A stretch of 62,383 nucleotides of DNA, filler included, from Sarea resinae (lineage: Eukaryota), in NCBI GenBank assembly GCA_026026165.1. It is 2 parts of 2 records of this genome, joined end to end, with 100 filler letters (N's around TTAATTAATTAA, not from the genome) between each part and the next. Parts side by side here need not be neighbours in the genome. Positions count along the whole stretch, not along the records: positions 31,235 to 62,383 come from JAPEUD010000126.1; 1 more part is not named here. One strand, written 5' to 3'. This document shows, piece by piece, positions 61,683-62,383 of this stretch. Numbering within the stretch: position 1 is the first letter of the stretch; every line of letters begins with the position of its first letter. A program made the position numbers and the translations under genes. The notes under the pieces were generated by a model that saw only the letters and a program-made list of their open reading frames with translations, searched no databases and was not told the origin of the DNA.

Positions 61683-61970
61683 CATCGACGGGGCGATTGA
61701 TGTTTTGATCGCTCAATTAATACCCGATGCTTGATACATAAGTGACTCCATGCTCCGAATGGCTAGATGATCGTTCTTGCCCTCTCGAAGACACCTACTC
61801 TCCACTCTTTGAGGGAGGCCGTTTGTCTATACCTACAGCATAGGCTAATTAAGATTTCCAGCAGCAGCTGCTGAAAATCCCGTGTTGGAAAGCGCTGCGC
61901 TGCGCTCTGAAAGTACCTACCTACCTCGCGATGAAAGTAGTGATGAGGCTCTTTTTGAGATTTATGTGTA

Positions 61971-62040
61971 TGTGTAGGTGTACTGTGTAGGTGTACTGTG
62001 TAGGTGTACTGTGTAGGTGTACTGTGTAGGTGTACTGTGT
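61971..62040 (+). repeat. 13-bp minisatellite (TGTGTAGGTGTAC) x5
   Basis: Five perfect head-to-tail copies with no spacers. Confidence 0.95.
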
Positions 62041-62383
62041 GTGTGCGTGTGTGTTGTGCCTGTGTCTGTGCCTGCGTCCATCGCTGCGTCTATATCAATA
62101 GCTATCTATGCCTGAAGTAGTCTTTTAGTCTTCTAATGGCTCACTCTCTCACTCACTCAGTCACTCAGTCTGTCAGTCACTCAGTCAGGATCCCTTGCTG
62201 TCTTTTCCTTTTCCTTTTCCTTTTCCTTTTTCTTTTCGACTCTTGAGATCCATTCCCCTTACTATTCCCATTCTCCGTCTCACTACCCGGCTCCACCACC
62301 ACCAATCTCTCTACTCAGACTCTCGTTTCAATTTCTTTTTGCCGGTCCTGTCTTCTCTACAAGCTATATTCCTGTGATTTTCT

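Noticed and set aside
61971..62040. 13-bp repeats as a CRISPR array
   Set aside because: Head-to-tail with no spacers, in a eukaryotic context with no cas genes. It is a minisatellite.

Overview
Fungal (filamentous ascomycete, Pezizomycotina-type) genomic DNA with spliceosomal introns. The window is two contigs joined by an artificial 100-nt spacer (44 N + TTAATTAATTAA + 44 N, 31135-31234), so the halves are not shown to be linked. Contig A (1-31134) is a chromosome end finishing in ~21 TTAGGG repeats. It carries accessory genes: a free-standing DUF2156 aminoacyl-tRNA transferase (ErgS-like), two MFS transporters, a Pth11-like membrane protein divergent from a GMC oxidoreductase, a decayed divergent pair (M35/aspzincin-like metalloprotease + GH71 alpha-1,3-glucanase with a Cys/Gly-rich tail), an ADP-ribosylglycohydrolase whose stop codon lies inside an interstitial telomere repeat, an alpha/beta hydrolase, an APH-type kinase and a DUF6914-like gene. 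Contig B (31235-62383) is a microsatellite-rich core region: kinesin-14 (Kar3/KlpA), Loa1/Vps66 acyltransferase, class-3 lipase, Pik1 PI4-kinase, VelC-like velvet protein, Bin3/MePCE RNA methyltransferase, a Sel1/TPR (Mss2-like) protein, Bud21/Utp16-like protein and Rmd1. The most interesting signals are an in-frame 399-nt intron in the kinesin-14 tail encoding an SxIP motif and CDK sites, co-oriented interstitial telomere remnants, the all-TAG stop pattern in the GH71/M35 pair, and the DUF2156 enzyme. Exon boundaries were read by eye and no database searches were run.
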